From the NCBI GenBank assembly GCA_977020255.1, contig CDROCS010005030.1, positions 1 through 54,368 on the forward strand: 54,368 bases of DNA, given 5' to 3'. The notes beneath the pieces were generated by a model, which was not told the DNA's origin, ran no database searches, and was given only the letters and a program-made list of their open reading frames with translations. The DNA is from Obrimoposthia wandeli. Its lineage: Eukaryota. Position numbers and translations under genes: made by a program. This document shows positions 1 through 12,609 of the stretch, piece after piece. Numbering within the stretch: the first letter of the stretch is position 1; every line of letters begins with the position of its first letter.

Positions 1-97
1 TTATAGTCAATGTCAAGACAGTAGACGTTTGACAGATGATGAGTCATCGATTTGTTTAAAACGGTCATGCCATAAAAGAAACTGACTTTCTATCAAA

Positions 98-361
98 ATG
101 AAGATCGAGTCCAATTTTCAAAATAATTCTAGAAAATGCGAGAAAATTCCTTAAATACGCTAACTTACTACCGAATAAACTGTCTGCCGGCTGCCAGACC
201 TGCATATCCACTGTGATTTTCAAGCTTAAAATAGACAAACAATACCTTGCACAACTTTCTTCAGTCCCTGGGCTACTATTATCAAACTCTACAAAAGAAT
301 TATATAAGTATTCGATCTTCACTTGTGCCACAAGAACAATATGTTGAGTTTTGCAGGTTAA
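98..361 (+). pseudogene. GTF2B: Degenerate 3' fragment of TFIIB-like gene (B unit 0)
   Basis: It has the same ...tttctatc|aaaATGaagatc junction and B-type SNPs as 6233-6490, but with several extra indels and substitutions that break the frame. Confidence 0.85.
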
Positions 362-1559
362 ACTGTGATCGAAGGATGTCTCAGTCTAACAAGTGCCGTT
401 TTTATATAATTATTATTGTGTTAATAAATTATAGAGTAAAATATATTATGATCTACGATTTTATGTTGTTAAAGTTTTATTTCTACTAAATTGTGAAATT
501 TATTTTCAGGAGGTATACTTTTTTGTTTTAAAATCTACATTTGTAATAACTATTTCAACAATGCTCAGATACATCTAGGACTAGTGCTACTACTAATACC
601 ATCGATTGTAAATATACTTTATATTTAGTGATACTTATAAAACCAAATATTGTATAAGTGTATTATGTATATATTTGAGCATTTCATAAAACAATTTGCT
701 AAATGAGTACATTAATTTGATCAAATAAATACACTATATTTCAAGATACTAAAAATATTCAAAATAATCAAGCAATATATTTATTTTATGGAATCAATAT
801 TTGAATATCATCCAATATTATGGAGAAAGTGATTGACTATTACTTCAATTGTGAAAATAGTCGAATTTTAGATCATATTACAATTAGTTACATGCATTAT
901 TTGTGACATATTTCCTCATAATATGTAACATACACAGTGACAATGTAATCCACGTCTGATAAATATACTTAATCAATCATGAGTAATGTAAAATAATGGC
1001 TAGTAAGTATGATACAAGTGAACATGAATATTCCAATCAAGTAGTTGTGGAAACTAATCTTCACGCGAGTTAAACTCGCAAAAATATGTTATAAAATAAT
1101 GACTAAGACCATTTGTGATTAAAAGAATGTATTTTCATATTTACTATTATAAATAATGGTTAACAACTATGATTTATTTCAATTCATATCACATTAAACT
1201 AGTCTTGGCAACTTTTTTCATAGTTACACACATTATCATAAGATACTCAATATCATTGTATTTCAATTGACTTATTCGGCAAATAATTTTTTTTGGAACT
1301 AATTTTGGTATGGTTACACACATTGTCATAATTTAACGGATGACAACTCTAATTTTATTTCAATCAACTTAACCCATAACTCTTGCAGTTCTGATAAAGT
1401 AAAAAAACAGTATATTAAGATTACATTTAAAAAGAAGAATAATAAGTCTTTTAAACGTCTTGGCCCTTGCAAGTTTGACCAAGATCAAACAAAGCCCATC
1501 AAATGTAACTTTAAAAGTATATAAATCATTTTTTATGAAGATTTTGACCCTTGAATGAA

Positions 1560-1615
1560 AACTTTCGAGGAATCACCTTCAAAGAAGCACTTTCGAGGAA
1601 GCACTTTCAAAGCTC
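1560..1615. repeat. Variable short tandem repeat (cactttcgaggaag / cactttcaaag) in every unit spacer
   Basis: The segment between ttgaatgaaa and gctccatgg differs in repeat content at ~1560, 6070, 7675, 12190, 13810, 18340, 22870, 27390, 31895, 36400 and 40920. Confidence 0.85.
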
Positions 1616-1861
1616 CATGGACTAAAGTGACCTCAAAAGCTCATGTATATTATAGTAAATGTCAACACAGTAGACGTTTGACAGATGATGAGTCATCGAT
1701 TTGTTTAAAAGGGTCATGCCATAAAAGAAACCGAGCTTTCTATCAGACGTCTTGCGTGAGTTTCGAGAAAAAAAGAGTTTGACTACATTTTTGATCAGTT
1801 TTAGAATTTTTTAAAACTTGGTTATATATAGTGGTATATAATCGTCGTCATCCACTCAATA

Positions 1862-2137
1862 TCACTGGATCTTTCATCTTATGTGTGTTCATGTACACAC
1901 ACACTTATTGTTGTGGATATAATGAAAAATAATGTTAGTATAAATGTCCTTGATTATTATTTGTTTGAATTTCAACCAATATAAATAGACTTGTCACTGG
2001 ATCTTTCATCTTGTATGTGTGTGTGTGTGTTCATGTACACACACACACTTATTGTTGTGGATATAATGAAAAATATTGTTAGTATAATTGTCCTTGAATT
2101 TTATTTGTTTGAATTTCAACCAATATAAATAGACTTG
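1862..2137. repeat. Internal ~132-144 bp direct duplication containing a (TG)n-tcatgt-(AC)n hairpin (every A unit)
   Basis: tcactggatctttcatctt...aatagacttg occurs at 1862-1993 and 1994-2137. The copies differ mainly in TG/AC tract length. Confidence 0.92.
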
Positions 2138-3825
2138 CTATAACGTATTTACTCGTGCGATATAACGCCCAATATCAATTTATGAGTTTAAAATGTTTAA
2201 ATTTATATTTAAGTGTCACGTAAAAATATTTTTAATATTTGAATTTGTAGCGCAAAAATCAGTTTATTAAAACAAAAATGCAGAGAACAAGATTTAAATG
2301 ATTGCAGAGATACGTCCAGTAGATCATCAGTCTACTGCATTATCCTCTCTACCATCATGCTCTGATATCACGCGTTTAGAGATAAAAATAGTTTAAGACA
2401 ATATAAAAACATGGGGAATTATTTTAAGGAAAACATTCATTGTAAAACATATTATATTCCAAGTTTCATAGCATATGCAGAGTTTTAATCATCTTAGGCA
2501 TCTATATTGTAAAGTGTTGGTTCGAGATTGTTGACTTATCGGACAATAGATTTTTAAACTCACTGAGTCATGACTTATGAGCTCAAATGTTAGACCGTAT
2601 CATCAAGTGTTACAATACAAATGACTTGACTTTTGACCTGAACTGATAACGGTCCAACATCCGAGCTCATGACTAAAGGGTCTAATGAATCAATGAGCTC
2701 AAATTGACACTTTACACTACTAAATATATTTATAAAACTCATCATTTATTCAGTAATTCTACAAAAGAAAGTTTGGAAATGTTTTTGCTGACAACTAATG
2801 ACTACTTGCTTACCATCAGATCAATGCAAACATATACTCTTTGACATTAGTCCGTATGTATGTTCCTTAATTTCTTGAGATGGTATAAAAGAGTGGTTTT
2901 GAAATATTTCGACATTCTACAATATACTTACAACTTGGATCTTAATTTTCTGTGAAACCGAATTTTATTTTCACCAATCGTATGTGTGTTTGACCTAACA
3001 AAATATGAAAGCTCTTAAAAGTATTAGTTACATATTTTATATACTATTTTTTTAAATTACCTATTTATTCTAAAACAAATTGAGTAACAAAACGTTTACA
3101 ACTCGTATTCATTATTTTAAATATTTATATGATTTTTCCCGTTTGTCGTTTATTTAAAGTAAGAAAATACCTACAAAAAATAAAACATTTATTTAAAAAC
3201 GATCCTTCAATGACCATATCGAATTTTTTAATAAATGTTAATATATCAGATAAATTGAAATTATTTACATTTTGTAAATAATTCAATTAAATCTATGACC
3301 TTTATTTAAAATTAAATATTAAATTAATTCAGATTTGGAAGCATTTATTAAAATCATTAAACCTAAATAATTCTATATATATTATAATTTTAGTTTGTTG
3401 TCAAAGTTACATAATATATTCAAGAGTTAAAGTTATAAATTTAAAATGTTGTTCTGTATTCATTCAATCATAATATCGATTTTTTACATTATTTACTAAT
3501 GTTTGAAGTAGTGGAAGAAACGTTTACCTCTGTCTTTGGAAAGTAAATGAAAATGATCAAGTTCTTGGTAATTGTCTGAAACAATGTCACCCACGATACA
3601 AATAAATGTAATTGGTAATTATTGGTGTCATATGTAAAACATCACAATGCTTTATTAAATTTGAATGATACCATACGATAATCAAAGAAAACTGTATTTG
3701 TAATGTTTAGTGCAATATGATATTTTATCAAAGTTTATGAATTAATGAACTGAAAACTTCATTTTGGTAATCAATTTACATTTTAATATTTTGTATGTCG
3801 ATTCATCATTTGAATTATAATTTGA

Positions 3826-3937
3826 CCAATAGAATATTTAATAATTAAATATTAAATATTTTAAATATTTTAAGATACTAAGATTGTTAATTACTTGTAT
3901 AAAACTAATCTTTCTAATTCAAAACTCAGTAACATAA
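3826..3937 (+). promoter_or_regulatory. Pol II core promoter of TFIIB-like gene: CCAAT, TATAAAA, Inr TCAGT
   Basis: CCAAT is at 3826-3830, TATAAAA at 3898-3904 and TCAGT at 3926-3930. The Inr A (3928) lies exactly 30 nt from the first T of the TATA box, and the ATG is at 3938. The same arrangement precedes all eight A genes. Confidence 0.75.
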
Positions 3938-4884
3938 ATGGCACAAACTGTTAGATGTAAATATCACATAGATGCTGAGCTGATTGAGGACCGCAAGGCT
4001 GGTGACTTGGTTTGTCCGGTCTGTGGACTTGTGGTGGCACAGCGAGTTATTGATTTCTCTAGTGAATACCGAGTTTTTGAGGACGACACAGACAATAAAT
4101 GTCGAGTTGGAGGTGTTGAAGATGAAAATCATGTTGAAGGAACATCATACACGGGTATAAATGTTGGGTATGGGCAGAATTTAAACGAGGATGGCACTTT
4201 GAAGTTCCGAAATTTTAATCTAAGATCACCCATGGAGCAATTTGTCTATTCTTGTAATCGGAAAATTGCCATTGTCAGCGAAAGACTCAATTTAAAGAAT
4301 ATGTTCTCGAAAGAAGCACAATATTTTGCCAAAGAACTTGCTAAGTCGATGTTCAAACCACAGTCAATAGAGAGCAACAAAAAGTCCAGTAAACTTCGAC
4401 ACTTTGCTGTTGCTGCAGCATGCATCTTCATTACTCTAGACTCGTCCGTAAACCCAATGTCTCAGAAAGAGATCGCTCTGGCGGCAAATGTATCAGAAAA
4501 GCAAGTCAATAAAATAATACGGAATAACCCGAATATCTGGAAGAAAAATTATGACAACAGCAGTAAGGCGAGTAAATATGCACAGAAATTTTCAATGCAG
4601 TTGGATATTCAGGACAGAAAAATAAAAATGAAGATCGAGTCAATTTCCAAAATAATTCTAGAAAATGCGAGAAAATTCCTAAATACACTAACTCACTACC
4701 GAATAAACTGTCTGCAGCTGCAGTCTACATGTCCACTGTGATTCTCAAGCTTAAAATAGACAAACAATACCTTGCACAACTTTCTTCCAGTTCCTGGAGC
4801 TCTATTGTCAAACTCTACAAAGAATTATATAGTATTCGATCTTCACTTGTGCCACAAGAACAATATGTTGAGTTTTGCAGTTAA
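3938..4884 (+). pseudogene. GTF2B: TFIIB-like gene copy A1 with 1-bp frameshift near 4678 (possibly a consensus error)
   Basis: It matches the intact copies except aaattcctaaa versus aaattccctaaa. The ORF track gives a 267-aa frameshifted product. Confidence 0.85.
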
Positions 4885-6232
4885 ACTGTGATCGAAGGAT
4901 GTCTCGGTCTAACAAATGCCGTTTTTAATATAATTATTATTGTGTTAATAAATTAAACTAAAAATATATTATGATCTACGATTTTATGTTGTTAAAGTTT
5001 TTATTTCTACTAAATTGTGAAATTTATTTTCAGGTATATTTTTTGTTTTAAAATCTACATTTTGTAATAACTATTTCAACAATGCTCAGATACATCTAGG
5101 ACTAGTGCTACTACTAATACCATCGATTGTAAATATGCTTTATATTTAGTGATACTTATAAAACCAAATATTGTATAAGTGTATTATGTCTCATATTTGA
5201 GCATTTCATAAAACAATTTGCTAAATGAGTACATTAATTTGATCAAATAAATACACTATATTTCAAGATACTAAAAATATTCAAAATAATCAAGCAATAT
5301 ATTTATTTTATGGAATCAATATTTGAATATCATCCCAATATTGGAGAGAAATTAATGATTGACTATTACTTCAATTGTGAAAATAGTCGAATTTTAGATC
5401 ATATTACAATTAGTTACATGCATTATTTGTGACATATTTCCTCATAATATGTAACATACACAGTGACAATGTAATCCACGTCTGATAAATATGAGTAATG
5501 TCATAAAATAATGGCTAGTAAGTATGATACAAGTGAACATGAATGTTTAATCAAGTAGTTGTGGAAACTAATCTTCACGCGGTTAAACTCGCAAAAAATG
5601 TTATAAAATAATGACTAAGACCATTTGTGATTAAAAGAATGTATTTTCATATTTACTATTATAAATAATGGTTAACAACTATGATTGTATTTCAATTCAT
5701 ATCACATTAAACTAGTCTTGGCAACTTTTTTCATAGTTACACACATTATCATAAGATACTCAATATCATTGTATTTCAATTGACTTATTCGGCAAATAAT
5801 TTTTTTTGGAACTAATTTTGGTATGGTTACACACATTGTCATAATTTAACGGATGACAACTCTAATTTTATTTCAATCAACTTAACCCATAACTCTTGCA
5901 GTTCTGATAAAGTAAAAAAACAGTATATTAAGATTACATTTAAAAAGAAGAATAATAAGTCTTTTAAACGTCTTGGCCCTTGCAAGTTTGACCAAGATCA
6001 AACAAAGCCCATCAAATGTAACTTTAAAAGTATATAAATCATTTTTTATGAAGATTTTGACCCTTGAATGAAAACTTTCGAGGAACCACTTTCAAAGCTC
6101 CATGGACTAAAGTGACCTCAAAAGCTCATGTATATTATAGTAAATGTCAAGACAGTAGACGTTTGACAGATGATGAGTCATCGATTTGTTTAAAACGGTC
6201 ATGCCATAAAAGAAACAGAGCTTTCTATCAAA

Positions 6233-6490
6233 ATGAAGATCGAGTCAATTTCCAAAATAATTCTAGAAAATGCGAGAAAATTCCTTAAATACGCTAACTT
6301 ACTACCGAATAAACTGTCTGCAGCTGCAGTCTACATGTCCACTGTGATTCTCAAGCTTAAAATAGACAAACAATACCTTGCACAACTTTCTTCCAGTCCC
6401 TGGAGCTCTATTGTCAAACTCTACAAAGAATTATATAGTATTCGATCTTCACTTGTGCCACAAGAACAATATGTTGAGTTTTGCAGTTAA
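6233..6490 (+). pseudogene. GTF2B: TFIIB-like 3' fragment ORF, 85 aa (B unit 1)
   Basis: It equals residues 231-315 of the full protein with 4 substitutions and is joined directly to spacer DNA by a ~2.88 kb deletion. Confidence 0.9.
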
Positions 6491-9400
6491 ACTGTGATCG
6501 AAGGATGTCTCAGTCTTACAAGTGCCGTTTTTATATAATTATTATTGTGTTAATAAATTAAAGTAAAATATATTATGATCTACGATTTTATGTTGTTAAA
6601 GTTTTTATTTCTACTAAATTGTGAAATTTATTTTCAGGTATATTTTTTGTTTTAAAATCTACATTTTGTAATAACTATTTCAACAATGCTCAGATACATC
6701 TAGGACTAGTGCTACTACTAATACCATCGATTGTAAATATGCTTTATATTTAGTGATACTTATAAAACCAAATATTGTATAAGTGTATTATGTCTCATAT
6801 TTGAGCATTTCAAAAAACAATTTGCTAAATGAGTACATTAATTTGATCAAATAAATACACTATATTTCAAGATACTAAAAATATTCAAAATAATCAAGCA
6901 ATATATTTATTTTATGGAATCAATATTTGAATATCATCCCAATATTGGAGAGAAATTAATGATTGACTATTACTTCAATTGTGAAAATAGTCGAATTTTA
7001 GATCATATTACAATTAGTTACATGCATTATTTGTGACATATTTCCTCATAATATGTAACATACACAGTGACAATGTAATCCACGTCTGATAAATATGAGT
7101 AATGTCATAAAATAATGGCTAGTAAGTATGATACAAGTGAACATGAATGTTTAATCAAGTAGTTGTGGAAACTAATCTTCCCGCGGTTAAACTTGCAAAA
7201 AATGTTATAAAATAATGACTAAGACCATTTGTGATTAAAAGAATGTATTTTCATATTTACTATTATAAATAATGGTTAACAACTATGATTGTATTTCAAT
7301 TCATATCACATTAAACTAGTCTTGGCAACTTTTTTCATAGTTACACACATTATCATAAGATACTCAATATCATTGTATTTCAATTGACTTATTCGGCAAA
7401 TAATTTTTTTGGAACTAATTTTGGTATGGTTACACACATTGTCATAATTTAACGGATGACAACTCTAATTTTATTTCAATCAACTTAACCCATAACTCTT
7501 GCAGTTCTGATAAAGTAAAAAAACAGTATATTAAGATTACATTTAAAAAGAAGAATAATAAGTCTTTTAAACGTCTTGGCCCTTGCAAGTTTGACCAAGA
7601 TCAAACAAAGCCCATCAAATGTAACTTTAAAAGTATATAAATCATTTTTTATGAAGATTTTGACCCTTGAATGAAAACTTTCGAGGAATCACCTTCAAAG
7701 AAGCACTTTCAAAGCTCCATGGACTAAAGTGACCTCAAAAGCTCATGTATATTATAGTAAATGTCAACACAGTAGACGTTTGACAGATGATGAGTCATCG
7801 ATTTGTTTAAAAGGGTCATGCCATAAAAGAAACCGAGCTTTCTATCAGACGTCTTGCGTGAGTTTCGAGAAAAAAAGAGTTTGACTACATTTTTGATCAG
7901 TTTTAGAATTTTTCAAAAACTTGGTTATATATAGTGGTATATAATCGTCGTCATCCACTCAATATCACTGGATCTTTCATCTTATGTGTGTTCATGTACA
8001 CACACACTTATTGTTGTGGATATAATGAAAAATAATGTTAGTATAAATGTCCTTGATTATTATTTGTTTGAATTTCAACCAATATAAATAGACTTGTCAC
8101 TGGATCTTTCATCTTGTATGTGTGTGTGTGTGTTCATGTACACACACACACTTATTGTTGTGGATATAATGAAAAATATTGTTAGTATAATTGTCCTTGA
8201 ATTTTATTTGTTTGAATTTCAACCAATATAAATAGACTTGCTATAACGTATTTACTCGTGCGATATAACGCCCAATATCAATTTATGAGTTTAAAATGTT
8301 TAAATTTATATTTAAGTGTCACGTAAAAATATTTTTAATATTTGAATTTGTAGCGCAAAAATCAGTTTATTAAAACAAAAATGCAGAGAACAAGATTTAA
8401 ATGATTGCAGAGATACGTCCAGTAGATCATCAGTCTACTGCATTATCCTCTCTACCATCATGCTCTGATATCACGCGTTTAGAGATAAAAATAGTTTAAG
8501 ACAATATAAAAACATGGGGAATTATTTTAAGGAAAACATTCATTGTAAAACATATTATATTCCAAGTTTCATAGCATATGCAGAGTTTTAATCATCTTAG
8601 GCATCTATATTGTAAAGTGTTGGTTCGAGATTGTTGACTTATCGGACAATAGATTTTTAAACTCACTGAGTCATGACTTATGAGCTCAAATGTTAGACCG
8701 TATCATCAAGTGTTACAATACAAATGACTTGACTTTTGACCTGAACTGATAACGGTCCAACATCCGAGCTCATGACTAAAGGGTCTAATGAATCAATGAG
8801 CTCAAATTGACACTTTACACTACTAAATATATTTATAAAACTCATCATTTATTCAGTAATTCTACAAAAGAAAGTTTGGAAATGTTTTTGCTGACAACTA
8901 ATGACTACTTGCTTACCATCAGATCAATGCAAACATATACTCTTTGACATTAGTCCGTATGTATGTTCCTTAATTTCTTGAGATGGTATAAAAAGAGTGG
9001 TTTTGAAATATTTCGACATTCTACAATATACTTACAACTTGGATCTTAATTTTCTGTGAAACCGAATTTTATTTTCACCAATCGTATGTGTGTTTGACCT
9101 AACAAAATATGAAAGCTCTTAAAAGTATTAGTTACATATTTTATATACTATTTTTTAAATTACCTATTTATTCTAAAACAAATTGAGTAACAAAACGTTT
9201 ACAACTCGTATTCATTATTTTAAATATTTATATGATTTTTCCCGTTTGTTGTTTATTTAAAGTAAGAAAATACCTACAAAAAAATAAAACATTTATTTAA
9301 AAACGATCCTTCAATGACCATATCGAATTTTTTAATAAATGTTAATATATCAGATAAATTGAAATTATTTACATTTTGTAAATAATTCAATTAAATCTAT

Positions 9401-10040
9401 GACCTTTATTTAAAATTAAATATTAAATTAATTCAGATTTGGAAGCATTTATTAAAATCATTAAACCTAAATAATTCTATATATATTATAATTTTAGTTT
9501 GTTGTCAAAGTTACATAATATATTCAAGAGTTAAAGTTATAAATTTAAAATGTTGTTCTGTATTCATTCAATCATAATATCGATTTTTACATTATTTACT
9601 AATGTTTGAAGTAGTGGAAGAAACGTTTACCTCTGTCTTTGGAAAGTAAATGAAAATGATCAAGTTCTTGGTAATTGTCTGAAACAATGTCACCCACGAT
9701 ACAAATAAATGTAATTGGTAATTATTGGTGTCATATGTAAAACATCACAATGCTTTATTAAATTTGAATGATACCATACGATAATCAAAGAAAACTGTAT
9801 TTGTAATGTTTAGTGCAATATGATATTTTATCAAAGTTTATGAATTAATGAACTGAAAACTTCATTTTGGTAATCAATTTACATTTTAATATTTTGTATG
9901 TCGATTCATCATTTGAATTATAATTTGACCAATAGAATATTTAATAATTAAATATTAAATATTTTAAATATTTTAAGATACTAAGATTGTTAATTACTTG
10001 TATAAAACTAATCTTTCTAATTCAAAACTCAGTAACATAA

Positions 10041-10987
10041 ATGGCACAAACTGTTAGATGTAAATATCACATAGATGCTGAGCTGATTGAGGACCGCAAG
10101 GCTGGTGACTTGGTTTGTCCGGTCTGTGGACTTGTGGTGGCACAGCGAGTTATTGATTTCTCTAGTGAATACCGAGTTTTTGAGGACGACACAGACAATA
10201 AATGTCGAGTTGGAGGTGTTGAAGATGAAAATCATGTTGAAGGAACATCATACACGGGTATAAATGTTGGGTATGGGCAGAATTTAAACGAGGATGGCAC
10301 TTTGAAGTTCCGAAATTTTAATCTAAGATCACCCATGGAGCAATTTGTCTATTCTTGTAATCGGAAAATTGCCATTGTCAGCGAAAGACTCAATTTAAAG
10401 AATATGTTCTCGAAAGAAGCACAATATTTTGCCAAAGAACTTGCTAAGTCGATGTTCAAACCACAGTCAATAGAGAGCAACAAAAAGTCCAGTAAACTTC
10501 GACACTTTGCTGTTGCTGCAGCATGCATCTTCATTACTCTAGACTCGTCCGTAAACCCAATGTCTCAGAAAGAGATCGCTCTGGCGGCAAATGTATCAGA
10601 AAAGCAAGTCAATAAAATAATACGGAATAACCCGAATATCTGGAAGAAAAATTATGACAACAGCAGTAAGGCGAGTAAATATGCACAGAAATTTTCAATG
10701 CAGTTGGATATTCAGGACAGAAAAATAAAAATGAAGATCGAGTCAATTTCCAAAATAATTCTAGAAAATGCGAGAAAATGCCTAAATACACTAACTCACT
10801 ACCGAATAAACTGTCTGCAGCTGCAGTCTACATGTCCACTGTGATTCTCAAGCTTAAAATAGACAAACAATACCTTGCACAACTTTCTTCCAGTTCCTGG
10901 AGCTCTATTGTCAAACTCTACAAAGAATTATATAGTATTCGATCTTCACTTGTGCCACAAGAACAATATGTTGAGTTTTGCAGTTAA
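10041..10987 (+). pseudogene. GTF2B: TFIIB-like gene copy A2 with 1-bp frameshift near 10780 (possibly a consensus error)
   Basis: It reads aaaatgcctaaa versus intact aaaattccctaaa. The ORF track shows 267-aa and 69-aa pieces. Confidence 0.85.
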
Positions 10988-12351
10988 ACTGTGATCGAAG
11001 GATGTCTCGGTCTAACAAATGCCGTTTTTAATATAATTATTATTGTGTTAATAAATTAAACTAAAAATATATTATGATCTACGATTTTATGTTGTTAAAG
11101 TTTTTATTTCTACTAAATTGTGAAATTTATTTTCAGGTATATTTTTTGTTTTAAAATCTACATTTTGTAATAACTATTTCAACAATGCTCAGATACATCT
11201 AGGACTAGTGCTACTACTAATACCATCGATTGTAAATATGCTTTATATTTAGTGATACTTATAAAACCAAATATTGTATAAGTGTATTATGTCTCATATT
11301 TGAGCATTTCATAAAACAATTTGCTAAATGAGTACATTAATTTGATCAAATAAATACACTATATTTCAAGATACTAAAAATATTCAAAATAATCAAGCAA
11401 TATATTTATTTTATGGAATCAATATTTGAATATCATCCCAATATTGGAGAGAAATTAATGATTGACTATTACTTCAATTGTGAAAATAGTCGAATTTTAG
11501 ATCATATTACAATTAGTTACATGCATTATTTGTGACATATTTCCTCATAATATGTAACATACACAGTGACAATGTAATCCACGTCTGATAAATACATACT
11601 TAATCAAACATGAGTAATGTCATAAAATAATGGCTAGTAAGTATGATACAAGTGAACATGAATGTTTAATCAAGTAGTTGTGGAAACTAATCTTCACGCG
11701 GTTAAACTCGCAAAAAATGTTATAAAATAATGACTAAGACCATTTGTGATTAAAAGAATGTATTTTCATATTTACTATTATAAATAATGGTTAACAACTA
11801 TGATTGTATTTCAATTCATATCACATTAAACTAGTCTTGGCAACTTTTTTCATAGTTACACACATTATCATAAGATACTCAATATCATTGTATTTCAATT
11901 GACTTATTCGGCAAATAATTTTTTTTGGAACTAATTTTGGTATGGTTACACACATTGTCATAATTTAACGGATGACAACTCTAATTTTATTTCAATCAAC
12001 TTAACCCATAACTCTTGCAGTTCTGATAAAGTAAAAAAACAGTATATTAAGATTACATTTAAAAAGAAGAATAATAAGTCTTTTAAACGTCTTGGCCCTT
12101 GCAAGTTTGACCAAGATCAAACAAAGCCCATCAAATGTAACTTTAAAAGTATATAAATCATTTTTTATGAAGATTTTGACCCTTGAATGAAAACTTTCGA
12201 GGAACCACTTTCAAAGCTCCATGGACTAAAGTGACCTCAAAAGCTCATGTATATTATAGTAAATGTCAAGACAGTAGACGTTTGACAGATGATGAGTCAT
12301 CGATTTGTTTAAAACGGTCATGCCATAAAAGAAACAGAGCTTTCTATCAAA

Positions 12352-12609
12352 ATGAAGATCGAGTCAATTTCCAAAATAATTCTAGAAAATGCGAGAAAAT
12401 TCCTTAAATACGCTAACTTACTACCGAATAAACTGTCTGCAGCTGCAGTCTACATGTCCACTGTGATTCTCAAGCTTAAAATAGACAAACAATACCTTGC
12501 ACAACTTTCTTCCAGTCCCTGGAGCTCTATTGTCAAACTCTACAAAGAATTATATAGTATTCGATCTTCACTTGTGCCACAAGAACAATATGTTGAGTTT
12601 TGCAGTTAA
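12352..12609 (+). pseudogene. GTF2B: TFIIB-like 3' fragment ORF, 85 aa (B unit 2)
   Basis: The translation is identical to B unit 1. Confidence 0.9.

Noticed and set aside
1555-1782. MKTFEES/MNENF 67-75 aa ORFs in the spacer
   Set aside because: Start codon and frame change with the variable repeat allele, the ORF is missing from the ORF track in three units (~7670, ~27390, ~36400), and there is no recognisable family.
2924-2960. U1 snRNA-like ATACTTAC and Sm-site-like T-runs (also ~1285-1310)
   Set aside because: The match stops after 8 nt, with no U1, SL or other snRNA stem-loop context. Such matches are expected by chance in AT-rich DNA.
3926-4688. Short minus-strand ORFs (68, 61 and 60 aa) repeated in each unit
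   Set aside because: They are antisense shadows of the TFIIB coding sequence with no recognisable motifs, and recur only because the unit is repeated.
4884-4960. Histone-type 3' stem-loop after the TFIIB stop
   Set aside because: No GGYYYTTTTHARRRCC-like hairpin is present. An AATAAA is there instead.
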